Source: Bacteroidota bacterium (GTDB lineage: Bacteria > Bacteroidota > Ignavibacteria > UBA10030 > SZUA-254). From it: 64,000 nucleotides of DNA. A program made the translations under genes and the position numbers. Each line of letters begins with the position of its first letter. Position 1 is the first letter of the stretch. The notes under the pieces are model-generated. The model saw only the letters and a list, made by a program, of their open reading frames with translations. It ran no database searches and was not told the origin of the DNA. Where the stretch lies: positions 101,352-165,351 of the forward strand of contig JAGVIE010000048.1 of assembly GCA_020056225.1 (NCBI GenBank), in the 5' to 3' direction. Positions 34,568-45,382 of this stretch are shown here, one piece after another.

Positions 34568-37078
34568 ATGAATAAATTAATATTGAGCTTTGCATTAATA
34601 AGTCTAATTGGCACCTTCCCAATTGAAAGCCTTGCCCAAGGTGAATTGACATCCTATTCTTATCAGCACAAAAAAATTAATAGTGATAGAACAGAGCTTC
34701 AAGATAAAGAAAACCAATTATCTTGGTTAAATATTTATCCTTTCAATTCAAATATTTATAAAATTATAACTGACCCACTGAAACCGGATGAATTAATCGC
34801 GCTTACGAGCAATGGATTATTTTGTTCGACTAATGATGGTACGTATTGGGAGAAAGCAAACTTAAATACACAAAACATTCAAATCAAGATGTTTGCTTAT
34901 CATCCTGTAACACCAACAGTACAATTTATTCTAACTGCACAAAATAAATTATTAAGAAGTGAAGATGACGGAAGAACTTGGAAAGATTTACAGGGGAGCA
35001 CAATTAAAAATGTTATAACCTTTGCAGTGGATCCAAAATCACCAGAAGTTGCTTATGTCTCAACAATGGGTGGACTATTCAAAACCCTAAATGGAGGAAA
35101 AACATGGGCAAAATTGCTCGAGGTGGGAGTAAGAGAGATAATTATTAATGAAGAAAGATCAAATGAGATTTATTTGATAGAAGGGCCAGATTATGCTTCA
35201 ATGTTATTATTTTCAGATGACGGTGGCAAAAATTTTTCGCAAATTGGTAGTGATTATTCAAGTTTTCGCTCTATCTCGATTTCAGGAAATGAGAAAAATG
35301 ATTTATTTGGATTAGTTTCTAGAGGAAATGATAATCAATTTATTAAATCGACAGATAAGGGTAAAACCTGGAAATTAATTTTCGAAGGGAGTGATAATCA
35401 ATTTCAACCTGGGGGATTGTTGGTTCATGCTTGGGATCAAGATCCTACAAAACCAAACCATTTATTCGCTAGCGGAACATTCGTTGAATCTGGTAGTGGA
35501 GATAAATGGGGACGTAAACACAGAATTATTATGGAATCTTCTGATGCTGGTGAAACATGGGCAAAGTGGTATTCACCCTCTTTTTCTGAAGGATCATATA
35601 TAAAAGTTATGCCTGGGAACAAAGTGTTTTTACTAGCCGATGGTCTTTACTTAAATAAAAATGAAAATACAAAATGGTGGCGAGTGCACAGAGGTCTACC
35701 ATCAAGTACAAAGGATATTTTATCGGTCGATGTTGACCTTACTTCAAACCGAATTTTTATTGGCGCGACGAATGAATTTCATAATGGACAGACAATGGGA
35801 GCCATTTGGACACGTGTTCGAGTTCCTGAGATTGAATCAGGGATAAGAAAAGTAATGGTAGATTATGATAACACGTTATTTATCTGGGGCGGAGGAAATA
35901 ATATTATTAAATCTACTTCAAAAGAGGTAAGATATGGTTTAATTGCCACACCTGAAGAGCTTGCCAAAAATCCACGCTACGATAAAACAAGAACACCTAA
36001 AACAGCAGAAAAAATCACACCTTCTATTGAACCTAAAAATATATTCACTGTAGCATCAAATTCTAATATATTATATGTAATTGGTAAAGATGATATAATT
36101 GTGAAAACTGAAGATGGCGGTTTTAGTTGGGGAGAAATCCAATGGAAGCAATCAGTATCTAATGAGATTTCAATGATAGAAACACCAAACATTATGTTTT
36201 CAATTTGTAAACAGAATTATGAATATTTGTTTGCTGCATTATCTAATCGACTTATGAGAACGACAGATGGAGGGAATAGCTGGATTGATATTACAGGTCC
36301 AGTTACCAAAACATTGCAAGAAAAAAGAATACTGAAAGCTGGACCTATCAAAAATATTGCAATTGATCCCGATGATAAAAATATTGTATATATCCTAACC
36401 CAAGAAGCAGGGCTACTTAAATCAGATGATCTTGGTAAAACGTGGAAAATTGTAAAAATAGGATCAGCTACTTCTCCAAATCTTCCGTTTTTATATTATG
36501 ATATTGCATTTTATTCTCAACCAGTAAGGACTTTGTATATTGCAACAAATAATGGAATATATAAATCTCATAATCGTGGTGATTCTTGGGCAATTCTCAA
36601 TAAAGGTCTTTCACCTAGCGAAAAAATAACAAGTTTTGCTACTTCTGATAGCTTAATAACTGCAAAAGGAGAAAATGGTGTTTATATACTAACAGATTTA
36701 TTATCGCCTTTATCTTCTAGTTACATAAAAACCGAGAAATTTGAGGATTCTTCAACTCCTCAAGTATTTGTCGAAGAACAATTTTCTGAACTCAAAGATG
36801 ATGAGGAATTGATTCAGCTATCTGATGGTAAATCTGTGCCCTTAAGGTTAATAATGAATTGCAATGATGCAGCGGAGATGAATTATCTTAAACTTTACGC
36901 ATATATAGATGAAACTGGTAAAGTTGTTAATATTAAAATTAAGGAGAAAACCCGGTACGACGCTTGTGATCAAGAATTTATACACTCATTAAAGAGTACC
37001 CAATTAAAACCAATTTTAAGAGATGGCAAGAGTGTCAAAGTAAAATTCTATTTGGAAGTTCTGATGGGCAAGAGGTAA
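34568..37078 (+). CDS. Secreted BNR/Asp-box (sortilin/Ycf48-like) beta-propeller repeat protein with a TonB-C-like C-terminal domain
   Basis: Signal peptide. At least 9 S/T-x-D-x-G-x-T/S-W motifs (SEDDGRTWKDL, TLNGGKTWAKL, STDKGKTWKLI, SSDAGETWAKW, TTDGGNSWIDI, SDDLGKTWKIV ...). The last ~80 aa (YAYIDETGKVVNIKIKEKTRYDACDQEFIHSLKSTQLKPILRDGKSV) resemble TonB_C. Confidence 0.65.
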   Translation: MNKLILSFALISLIGTFPIESLAQGELTSYSYQHKKINSDRTELQDKENQLSWLNIYPFNSNIYKIITDPLKPDELIALTSNGLFCSTNDGTYWEKANLNTQNIQIKMFAYHPVTPTVQFILTAQNKLLRSEDDGRTWKDLQGSTIKNVITFAVDPKSPEVAYVSTMGGLFKTLNGGKTWAKLLEVGVREIIINEERSNEIYLIEGPDYASMLLFSDDGGKNFSQIGSDYSSFRSISISGNEKNDLFGLVSRGNDNQFIKSTDKGKTWKLIFEGSDNQFQPGGLLVHAWDQDPTKPNHLFASGTFVESGSGDKWGRKHRIIMESSDAGETWAKWYSPSFSEGSYIKVMPGNKVFLLADGLYLNKNENTKWWRVHRGLPSSTKDILSVDVDLTSNRIFIGATNEFHNGQTMGAIWTRVRVPEIESGIRKVMVDYDNTLFIWGGGNNIIKSTSKEVRYGLIATPEELAKNPRYDKTRTPKTAEKITPSIEPKNIFTVASNSNILYVIGKDDIIVKTEDGGFSWGEIQWKQSVSNEISMIETPNIMFSICKQNYEYLFAALSNRLMRTTDGGNSWIDITGPVTKTLQEKRILKAGPIKNIAIDPDDKNIVYILTQEAGLLKSDDLGKTWKIVKIGSATSPNLPFLYYDIAFYSQPVRTLYIATNNGIYKSHNRGDSWAILNKGLSPSEKITSFATSDSLITAKGENGVYILTDLLSPLSSSYIKTEKFEDSSTPQVFVEEQFSELKDDEELIQLSDGKSVPLRLIMNCNDAAEMNYLKLYAYIDETGKVVNIKIKEKTRYDACDQEFIHSLKSTQLKPILRDGKSVKVKFYLEVLMGKR

Positions 37079-37200
37079 TTATTATTTCATATCAAATTTA
37101 TATTTTAGATTTATTTTATGAAGGAAATAGCTGCTAACAACGACAATAAAAATCATTCACTTTATAATAGCACTAATATTGACATAAAGGAGAAAACGAT

Positions 37201-37521
37201 ATGCAACGAACAATACTTTTTTTTGTAATTTTCTATTTCGTAATCACATTAATTGATTGCAGCCGACAGACAAAGGAAGGTGTCTACGTTAGTGAACGAC
37301 ATAGACCAGATTATCTTGAAATCAAATCTAATGGTAGTTTTTACTTGAAAGAAAAGAAAAACGAAGTAGTTGGGAAATATGAAATAGATGCCACCTCATT
37401 GACACTTATTTTCGAAGGCGGAAAGGCTGCACGTGGACGATTGAGTGGTGATACTCTCATAGATAAAGATGGAGAAATGTGGATTCTTTGGCATGGGGGC
37501 AAAAAGCGGTCAAGCATATGA
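37201..37521 (+). CDS. Small putative lipoprotein
   Basis: Signal peptide ending in a lipobox-like LIDC. 106 aa. Confidence 0.45.
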   Translation: MQRTILFFVIFYFVITLIDCSRQTKEGVYVSERHRPDYLEIKSNGSFYLKEKKNEVVGKYEIDATSLTLIFEGGKAARGRLSGDTLIDKDGEMWILWHGGKKRSSI

Positions 37522-37978
37522 ACAGAAGATTGCAGATGCGCAAACAAAAATATCAGAGCTAAAACAGAATGTAGCTGAAGGAAAGATAAATCAAGAAGAA
37601 GTAGAACAGCAACGATTGGAACTTCTTATTAAAAATGATCTCATTTCCAAACGAGAGGCAGATAACGAACGTGAACGGATAGCGGAAATACATGTCAAGT
37701 CAAACAAAGATGGTCTAACTTCAAGTCTCATTAATATTGCAGCAAACGCTTATCAATATAGAAATCAACCTATCTCCATGGGCGGAGGAGGTGGTAAGTA
37801 TACTGGCTATGCTATTCCAATCAAAATGGCATCAGATGACAATGGTAAATATTTTGTACGACCGTTCGATAGTTGGATGATGATCATTGGTAAGTCGTCA
37901 CTGGACTCTACATGGGAGGCGATGTGCACTGTCGATTCTCTTGGTGCAACATCAATGGACCACTACTCCGGTTGGTAA
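37493..37978 (+). CDS. Hypothetical coiled-coil + Gly-rich protein (may be fused to the preceding ORF; see finding)
   Basis: The ATG at 37493 overlaps the upstream ORF by 29 nt. No signal peptide of its own. Confidence 0.35.
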   Translation: MGAKSGQAYEQKIADAQTKISELKQNVAEGKINQEEVEQQRLELLIKNDLISKREADNERERIAEIHVKSNKDGLTSSLINIAANAYQYRNQPISMGGGGGKYTGYAIPIKMASDDNGKYFVRPFDSWMMIIGKSSLDSTWEAMCTVDSLGATSMDHYSGW

Positions 37979-38146
37979 TTGTATATGTTTCTCATGTCCA
38001 CTTGAGTCATGCTTTGATCCTCACGCGAGATGTTTTTATCAATTTATTTTTATACCTAGGCAATTAAGTTTTCTCAACAGCAGGGACCCGGACATTTTAT
38101 TTTTTAATTCTTACGCATCGAAAGCCAGAACGTATTGGATTGCACC

Positions 38147-40000
38147 TCAGCAACATCCATACGTCGGCGGTGTGAAGTTTTTGTCGGAGGCGTAAATAAT
38201 CTCGCCGGCAATGCAGTATTCTTTCTTCACTAAAACTTTGTACCACTTCCTGAATGCTTCTGTTAAAACAATCACGGCGCAAACCATGATGATCGCCGTC
38301 AGGATCGAATTAATATATCCCTGAAGCGCTGTCTGAGGATTGTTGGTAAGCGGTAAGAAATTATTAACGATATTCAGCCAACCCGCCGTAAGTGTAGTAA
38401 CTGCAACAAATAACATCGGAATTACTGTTACCCAGACATAACGCACTTTGCCTGCATTGATGATAGCGCTTGTCGCAACCGAAAGCGCAACTGCGGCAAG
38501 CAACTGGTTTGCCGTCCCAAACATGGGCCAGATAGTGCTGATGCTTCCCGTCCAGATGAAATACCCCCAGGTAAAAACTACTGCAAACGTTGAGAGAAGT
38601 GTGCCCGGCAGCCAATCTGTCTTCTCGAACGGCTTCCACAAACGGCCGCCAAATTCTTGAACGAGAAATCGGGCTACCCTTGTGCCCGTATCGATGGTTG
38701 TAAGAATGAACAATGCCTCGAACATAATTGCAAAGTGATACCAGTATGACATTAAGCTTCGCATACCTGGGATGCCTGTAAAAATCTGTGCAAACCCAAC
38801 TGCTAAAGATACCGCCCCGCCGGTTCTTCCAGCCAACGATTCGCCAACCTCTGCCGAAAGTTCTGCAAGGTTCACCGTTGACATCCCAAGTGCTTGAAAT
38901 TTTGCCGGAACAACATTGATGGCAAAATAATCACCGGGGTGCAATGAGCAAGCCGCAATCAGTGCAATTACTCCAACCAACCCCTCCATTAGCATTGCGC
39001 CATACCCAATCATTCTTGCTTCGGATTCTTTGCTGATCATCTTCGGTGTTGTACCGGAGGCGACAAGAGAATGGAAACCGGATATCGCCCCGCACGCAAT
39101 TGTGATAAACAAAAATGGAAACAGCTTGCCGGGAATAATCGGTCCGCCGCCGTTGACAAATTCTGTAAGCGCAGGCATTTTGAGATCGGGATGAACGATA
39201 ATAACACCGATAACCAGAGCGGCAATTGTTCCTATCTTCATGTACGAGCTTAAATAATCTCTGGGACAGAGAAGGAGCCATACCGGTAAAACCGAGGCAA
39301 TAAATCCGTACACTGCCATTGAGATAATGATTCCTTCCCTCGACAAAGTAAAGTACGGCGCAAGTGAAGAATGTGGAATAAAACTTCCTATAATCACAGC
39401 GGCAAAAACTCCGATAACACCTATGATACTTGCTTCAGTAACTTTACCCGGCCTGATACGGTACATCCACAATCCGACGAACAACGCGATCGGAATCGTC
39501 ATTGCAATCGTAAAAGTCCCCCACGAACTATCAGCAAGCGCGTTAACAACTGTAAGTCCAAGCCCCGCCAATGCAATCACGACAATGATTAGGATAGCGA
39601 TTGAACCGATCATACCTGCAAGCGGACTTATCTCATGCCGAGCAATCTCGGCAAGCGATCTTCCTTTTCTGCGAATGGAAGCAACAAGCGTAACGAAATC
39701 GTGTACTGCACCAGCCAGCACAACCCCTGCCAATAACCACAGAAAACCGGGAAGATAACCAAACTGTGCGGCAAGCACCGGACCAATGAGCGGACCTGCA
39801 CCGGAGATTGCGGCAAAGTGATGTCCGAATAACACCCATTTATTTGTCGGGTGATAATTTTGTCCATCGTTCAAAGTGTGAGCCGGTGTAAGTCGGGCAT
39901 CGTCAAGCGCGATAACTTTCGCAGCGATGAATGCACTGTAGTAACGGTACGCTATTGCCATTACACAGAGAGTTATAATTATAAGAGGAAGAGCGTTCAT
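38147..40000 (-). CDS. cstA: Carbon starvation protein A (peptide/pyruvate transporter family)
   Basis: 617 aa, polytopic. [27 protein letters not shown] and [19 protein letters not shown] are CstA signatures. Confidence 0.9.
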   Translation of the reverse strand: MNALPLIIITLCVMAIAYRYYSAFIAAKVIALDDARLTPAHTLNDGQNYHPTNKWVLFGHHFAAISGAGPLIGPVLAAQFGYLPGFLWLLAGVVLAGAVHDFVTLVASIRRKGRSLAEIARHEISPLAGMIGSIAILIIVVIALAGLGLTVVNALADSSWGTFTIAMTIPIALFVGLWMYRIRPGKVTEASIIGVIGVFAAVIIGSFIPHSSLAPYFTLSREGIIISMAVYGFIASVLPVWLLLCPRDYLSSYMKIGTIAALVIGVIIVHPDLKMPALTEFVNGGGPIIPGKLFPFLFITIACGAISGFHSLVASGTTPKMISKESEARMIGYGAMLMEGLVGVIALIAACSLHPGDYFAINVVPAKFQALGMSTVNLAELSAEVGESLAGRTGGAVSLAVGFAQIFTGIPGMRSLMSYWYHFAIMFEALFILTTIDTGTRVARFLVQEFGGRLWKPFEKTDWLPGTLLSTFAVVFTWGYFIWTGSISTIWPMFGTANQLLAAVALSVATSAIINAGKVRYVWVTVIPMLFVAVTTLTAGWLNIVNNFLPLTNNPQTALQGYINSILTAIIMVCAVIVLTEAFRKWYKVLVKKEYCIAGEIIYASDKNFTPPTYGCC

Positions 40001-40036
40001 AAGTTGGTAGTTATGAATTATGAGTTGTGAGTATAA

Positions 40037-40390
40037 TTAGAATGCGTCTATTATGTGGCGAATCTCGGTTTTGTTCTGTTGATAATCGATTGCAATTACA
40101 TCGAACCTACATTCTTTATCATCAATATTGTTTTCAAAGAGGTAACCGTCCGCGGTTGCTCTGATCTTTTCGCGCTTGCGAGGAGTTACGGCATCTTCCG
40201 GTTCGCCGAATTCTTTAGAGCGGCGGGCTTTTACTTCTACGAACACGAGTACGTTGCCATCTTCTGCAACAATATCGATCTCGCCGTGCTCGAAGCGATA
40301 ATTCCGTTGAAGGATACGATAACCTTTTTTTATTAAATATTCAACAGCGAGATCCTCGCCGATTGTTCCTTTTTTCGTCTTGCTAACCAT
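40037..40390 (-). CDS. yraN: YraN-family endonuclease (UPF0102)
   Basis: GEDLAVEYLIKKGYRILQRNYRFEHGEIDIVAED...VFVEVKAR. Confidence 0.85.
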   Translation of the reverse strand: MVSKTKKGTIGEDLAVEYLIKKGYRILQRNYRFEHGEIDIVAEDGNVLVFVEVKARRSKEFGEPEDAVTPRKREKIRATADGYLFENNIDDKECRFDVIAIDYQQNKTEIRHIIDAF

Positions 40391-40997
40391 TTTCCTCGAC
40401 TAACTTAATTGGCATTCTGAAACTCTTACGATGGATCGCACACGGACCATGTTTTTTTATTGCTTCAAGATGAGCTTTCGTACCGTATCCTTTGTGTTTT
40501 GCAAACCCATATTGAGGATATTGTTTATCGTATTCTTTCATCAAACGATCACGTGAGACTTTGGCAATGATCGAGGCAGCAGCAATCGAGAAGCACTTCG
40601 CATCTCCATCGATTATGGCTGTGAATGGAATATTCGCGCCGGCAAAGCGTGGACCATCTATCAATAAATGATCCGGTCGATTCGTTAATTTGCCGATTGC
40701 TTCGTGCATCGAGCGGAAGGTTGCGTTAAGAATATTTATTTCATCGATAACTGTGTGATCAATAATTCCAACACCTACACTTATCGCTTTCTCATTAATA
40801 ATATCAAACAATCTTTCTCTCTCTTTAGCGGAAAGCCGTTTCGAATCGTTTATTCCATCAATCTTTACTTCCGATGGAAAGATTACTGCCGCCGCAACCA
40901 CTGGTCCCGCAAGAGGTCCCCTACCCGCCTCATCAACACCTGCGATATACTTGATACCGTTATTCCAATATTTATACTCTATATCAAGGCTAATCAT
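40383..40997 (-). CDS. rnhB: Ribonuclease HII
   Basis: GVDEAGRGPLAGPVVAAAV, DSKRLS and ASIIAKVSRD motifs. Confidence 0.9.
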   Translation of the reverse strand: MISLDIEYKYWNNGIKYIAGVDEAGRGPLAGPVVAAAVIFPSEVKIDGINDSKRLSAKERERLFDIINEKAISVGVGIIDHTVIDEINILNATFRSMHEAIGKLTNRPDHLLIDGPRFAGANIPFTAIIDGDAKCFSIAAASIIAKVSRDRLMKEYDKQYPQYGFAKHKGYGTKAHLEAIKKHGPCAIHRKSFRMPIKLVEENG

Positions 40998-41007
40998 AAC
41001 TCATATC

Positions 41008-42729
41008 TCAAAACTCATTTATCAATCCGATATGAATCTTACCCTGCAAGAACGAGTCGCCTTCGCCGAAGGCAAAACCCACCCCGATGTTGCCAAGACC
41101 GGTTTCAAGCCTGATGCCGATGCCGTACCCATATTTAAAACTCTGAGATGATGATAGACTTTTTGCATCATCCCCCGGAAGATAATAATAGCCGGTATCG
41201 AAAAATCCATAAAAGTATGAGCGGCGGGCAAGCAGAAAACGATACTCGGTATTAGTCCAGGCAATTCGAGAGCCCATAAACTGGTTTTCACGATACCCCC
41301 GAAGAGTGTTCGTGCCGCCCAACCTGTAGAGATCGCCGAGTTCAATACTGCCGCTTGATATACTTCTTCCATGCAATCCGAACATCGCTACTTGTCTCTG
41401 GAATACCGTTACAAAGAAATCAGTATCGAGGCTTAGACGGTGTACTGTTGTTGTTTGATTTGAATAACTTTTCCGTCCGATTTTATAATCGCTTCGATAA
41501 TACACACCGCCTGTCGGGTTAAGTATATCATCGCGTGTATCATATTGTAATTCAATGCCGGCTGATACCGTTTGACTTTTTGCTATTAGGTTCGTAGTAC
41601 TTGAAGGGATAATGTTTTCCTGGGTGAATGTACCGCCGAGAGAGAAAGATTCCGTCAATAACAAATCCGCCTTCAGATCGAACGAGCGGCGGATGTAAAT
41701 CGTGTCTTCCTGACGCTGAATGAACCCACCGCTTACGTTTACCGGCAAATCAAATACCCACGGCTCAACATATTGCAGCGCGATCTCCTGCGATCTGCGT
41801 TGCTCGCGAAACCATCGAACATTTAATTTCCTTGCTGTACCGAAAAGATTTCTCATGGAAACATTTACCATACCTGTAACAACGCCTTTTTCACTCGCTG
41901 TCGCTCCGGGTGCATATCCGATGATAGCATCGAATGTATTTGTGTTTCCTTCTTCGACTTTGATAAGCAATCCGCTAACATTGGAATCGGTGTATAGTTC
42001 AGGTTCCTCTACAGATGAGAAGATATTCATACGATTCAATCGTGCCCGGATCCCGGACACTTTATCCTGGTTGAATATCTCATGCAATCTGAACCGTGTT
42101 TCCCGAATAATGACACTTGTTCTGGTATCCTTATTGCCGATTACGCGTATTTCATCTACAGTAACCTGCTTGCCCTCATCGATTGAAATATCCAGACGCA
42201 GTACAACTGAAGTATCATTTCGGAACGGCGCAATATTCACGATATCGACTTTTACAAAAGGATATCCGGCGTTTTCATAAACAGCAATTAACAAATCAAT
42301 ATCTTCTACAAGAACTTCCGGTACCAAAAACATTCCGGGTTTTGTGTCGAACTTCGTCAGGATTTCATCCGATTTTAGAGAAGTATTACCGGATAGATTT
42401 ATACTTCCAAGTTTCACTTGCTCACTTTCATCGAGATTCAGTTTGATATCTACTAAAGAACTGTCATTATAAAAAACGAGTGAATCGATCGTGACATCGA
42501 TAAAATAATATCCGTTTCGGTAATAATGGTTGTATATCGATTGAACATCCTGAGTTAATTGTGTTGTGGAGAGAATGGATAAAGGTTTCAAGATCATTAT
42601 ATCCTGGATTTGTCGGGTGGTGAATGAACTATTCCCTGATATTATTATCGACCTGATTACCGTCTTAGTATTCCCAAATACCAACTGACCTGTTACCATA
42701 AGACAAACACAAAGTAGAATACGCCGCAT
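41008..42729 (-). CDS. BamA/TamA-family outer-membrane protein (POTRA repeats + Omp85 barrel)
   Basis: Signal peptide. POTRA-like N-terminal repeats. C-terminal barrel ending ...IHIGLINEF. Confidence 0.75.
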   Translation of the reverse strand: MRRILLCVCLMVTGQLVFGNTKTVIRSIIISGNSSFTTRQIQDIMILKPLSILSTTQLTQDVQSIYNHYYRNGYYFIDVTIDSLVFYNDSSLVDIKLNLDESEQVKLGSINLSGNTSLKSDEILTKFDTKPGMFLVPEVLVEDIDLLIAVYENAGYPFVKVDIVNIAPFRNDTSVVLRLDISIDEGKQVTVDEIRVIGNKDTRTSVIIRETRFRLHEIFNQDKVSGIRARLNRMNIFSSVEEPELYTDSNVSGLLIKVEEGNTNTFDAIIGYAPGATASEKGVVTGMVNVSMRNLFGTARKLNVRWFREQRRSQEIALQYVEPWVFDLPVNVSGGFIQRQEDTIYIRRSFDLKADLLLTESFSLGGTFTQENIIPSSTTNLIAKSQTVSAGIELQYDTRDDILNPTGGVYYRSDYKIGRKSYSNQTTTVHRLSLDTDFFVTVFQRQVAMFGLHGRSISSGSIELGDLYRLGGTNTLRGYRENQFMGSRIAWTNTEYRFLLARRSYFYGFFDTGYYYLPGDDAKSLSSSQSFKYGYGIGIRLETGLGNIGVGFAFGEGDSFLQGKIHIGLINEF

Positions 42730-42747
42730 GATGCTATGATATGATAC

Positions 42748-44049
42748 TTATCGAATTCTTGTACGATTTACGTCCCACAACGGTGTTTGTAAACGGTAAT
42801 CTCCGAAGCCGCCCATATCGACAAAAATAAATTCTCTCCCGAGATCGTAGTATGTCCATATTTCGTATGGTTTAGAATCAAGCTCAAACGGATGACGTTC
42901 AATATTGCTGGGTGATCCGAAGATTACATAAACCATTCCCATATCGGTCTTCCAGCCGTCTATATAATGCCCGAAATTTTGATTCGCATATTGGATACGC
43001 CCATAATATTCATCCATCAATTCGTTTTTTTCCGTGGTCGGAGTTGGGTCTTTCTTCTTCCAGAAATCGCGGAACATTTCAGTCTTTCTCTCCGGAGGCG
43101 CCTTTCTTATCTCTTCAAGCTTATCGCGATCTAATATGTATTGAAGCTGATCTATAGCCAGATCTAAATTAACAATTGATACGGGTAAACCCCTCAATCG
43201 GACGATGAACTTTCTTGTCGCCGTTGAACTGATTCGCTCCGGGTTTTCTGCGCCATTTAACAATTTTGGCTCGGCTTTCACTTCGATTAAATAATCACCC
43301 GCGATAAGCCGGGAGGTTGGAATCTGAAAAAAACAAGATTTCTTTTTCGGTTCGAGTACCTGCATGAATGAATCTTTCTGGACGATATCACCCTTGACAT
43401 TATGAATCATGACGCCGACATGAGCGGACTCCGCGCCGATTGCATTGTAGGCTTCGAAATAAATATAAAAGCTGTCGCGTGCACCGCCTATGTTTCCACT
43501 AATGTTTGGATACATAATTGCCTTACCGGAATCGAACTCCAGACTGTTAACCAGAATGATATCGCTGACGCTGAACTTTGGCGCGTAATAATCCCTCACA
43601 TCGATTTTGCGTTTCATTCGTGTAACTTTATCCGTTTCGGTATCTTTGATCTGCACTGCCACAAAATATTTTCCGGGTGTTAGCATAAATGTACGCTGGC
43701 TCAGGTTGCTCTTTACCGGAGATATCGACTGCTTGTATTCTCTCGTTTCAACTTTCTCCGTCCACCATTTATCAACGACCAGTGTCTCAAGCGAGTCATA
43801 AACATTTATAGATAACTCGTATCTTGACTGAAATACTTCATCATTCTTCGTAAAATGCAGAGCCTCATACGGAACTTCGATATAAACATCCAGCCTGCTG
43901 ACACCCTTCTCACCGGAATTTAAAGTAACAGCATCAAAATAGAATTTCGGCGTCCCGATCAGTTCGGGTTTAAATTCCTCGTGTTGGCAGAATAGGTTTC
44001 CGTGAAAGAAATGTATCGCCACTAAGATTAAATATATATGATTCTTCAT
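42748..44049 (-). CDS. GWxTD domain-containing protein
   Basis: GWKTDMGMVYVIFGSP motif. Signal peptide after the ATG at 44049, 8 nt past the rimO stop. The ORF-track start at 44172 overlaps rimO and is unlikely. Confidence 0.7.
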   Translation of the reverse strand: MKNHIYLILVAIHFFHGNLFCQHEEFKPELIGTPKFYFDAVTLNSGEKGVSRLDVYIEVPYEALHFTKNDEVFQSRYELSINVYDSLETLVVDKWWTEKVETREYKQSISPVKSNLSQRTFMLTPGKYFVAVQIKDTETDKVTRMKRKIDVRDYYAPKFSVSDIILVNSLEFDSGKAIMYPNISGNIGGARDSFYIYFEAYNAIGAESAHVGVMIHNVKGDIVQKDSFMQVLEPKKKSCFFQIPTSRLIAGDYLIEVKAEPKLLNGAENPERISSTATRKFIVRLRGLPVSIVNLDLAIDQLQYILDRDKLEEIRKAPPERKTEMFRDFWKKKDPTPTTEKNELMDEYYGRIQYANQNFGHYIDGWKTDMGMVYVIFGSPSNIERHPFELDSKPYEIWTYYDLGREFIFVDMGGFGDYRLQTPLWDVNRTRIR

Positions 44050-44056
44050 TGCTCGA

Positions 44057-45379
44057 TCATCTCCTTTCCGCAGTTGTGGAAGATTCTTCATGGGGAGCGG
44101 CAAACAAATCGTAGGCATCGGCATCAACGACGACGACATCATAGAATTTCCCTGTTTGAAGATTGCCGGCATCCTGTATTGCTACCTCATTATCGATCTC
44201 AGGGGCATCACATTCCGTTCGCGCAATCGCCGAGCTTCCTTCTTTCCGGTCAACAAGAATACGAATCGATTTACCAATAAGCTGTTGATTCTTGCGGAGA
44301 GATATTTCACGCTGTAATTCCATAATGGCATTCATCCGCTCATCTTTTATGTTTTGTGGGATGGTATCGCCAAGGAGGAATGATGCCGTTCCTTCCTCCT
44401 GGGAATATGTGAACACACCGAGTCTATCAAATTCCGTCTCTTCCACAAATTGCCGCAGTTCGTTGAATTCTTTCTCACCTTCATTGGGATATCCAACAAT
44501 GAGCGTTGTCCGCAGGCAAATTCCCGGGACTTTTAACCTAATATTATCTATAAGCTTCCGTAGTTCTTTCGAACTGATTCCGCGCCGCATCGAGTTTAAA
44601 ACCACATCCGATATGTGTTGGACAGGTATATCTAAATAATGGCACAACTTCGAATTATGGTTGAATTGTTCCAATATATCATCCGGAAAACCGGTAGGAA
44701 ACGCGTACATCAGGCGAATCCACTCGATCCCGTCAATCATACCAAGATTTTCAAGTAAAGAGGCAAGGGTCCGCTTGCCGTTTAAGTCCAGTCCGTAATA
44801 TGTGCTGTCTTGCGCAATAAGGATTAGTTCTTTGACTCCGTTATTTGCAAGGTTCTTCGCTTCGAGTATGATTTGGTCAATCGGCTTACTGATGTGCTTC
44901 CCTCGTATGATCGGAATCGAACAAAATGAACATGGACGATCGCATCCTTCAGAAATTTTAAGATAGGCGTAATGACCTGGAGTTGTAAGCAATCTTTCAC
45001 TGATTAGATTGTATTTTAAATCGAACCCGAGCGAGGACAACACCTGATCAAGTTTATTAGCACCGATGCAGGCATCGATTTCGGGTATTTCTTTCTGTAA
45101 CTCGGATGCGTATCTCTCGGTAAGACAACCCATCACGATAACTTTTTTTAGATTTCCTTCCTTCTTTAACTGAACAGCATGAAATATTGTATCAACAGAT
45201 TCCCTCTTTGCATCGTTGATGAAACCGCAGGTATTGATAATTGCTATGTCGCAGTCGTCGGAATCACCCGCAAGTTCTAAGTTATTGCTTTGTAATTGTT
45301 TTAGGAGAACCTCCGAATCAACCAGATTTTTTGGGCAACCGAGCGTAATTACCTTTACCTTGTCTCTTTTCCTATTCAT
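44057..45379 (-). CDS. rimO: Ribosomal protein S12 methylthiotransferase RimO (radical SAM + TRAM)
   Basis: N-terminal VKVITLGCPKNLVDSE. Radical-SAM CDRPCSFC. C-terminal TRAM-like domain. Confidence 0.85.
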   Translation of the reverse strand: MNRKRDKVKVITLGCPKNLVDSEVLLKQLQSNNLELAGDSDDCDIAIINTCGFINDAKRESVDTIFHAVQLKKEGNLKKVIVMGCLTERYASELQKEIPEIDACIGANKLDQVLSSLGFDLKYNLISERLLTTPGHYAYLKISEGCDRPCSFCSIPIIRGKHISKPIDQIILEAKNLANNGVKELILIAQDSTYYGLDLNGKRTLASLLENLGMIDGIEWIRLMYAFPTGFPDDILEQFNHNSKLCHYLDIPVQHISDVVLNSMRRGISSKELRKLIDNIRLKVPGICLRTTLIVGYPNEGEKEFNELRQFVEETEFDRLGVFTYSQEEGTASFLLGDTIPQNIKDERMNAIMELQREISLRKNQQLIGKSIRILVDRKEGSSAIARTECDAPEIDNEVAIQDAGNLQTGKFYDVVVVDADAYDLFAAPHEESSTTAERR

Positions 45380-45382
45380 CGA

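Noticed and set aside
39327-39758. 143-aa plus-strand ORF and several 60-116-aa ORFs within 38.3-39.9 kb
   Set aside because: All overlap the well-supported cstA reading frame on the opposite strand or in other frames.
41720-42280. 186-aa plus-strand ORF
   Set aside because: Antisense shadow ORF inside the BamA-like gene. The Ser/Thr/Pro-rich low-complexity translation has no recognisable features.
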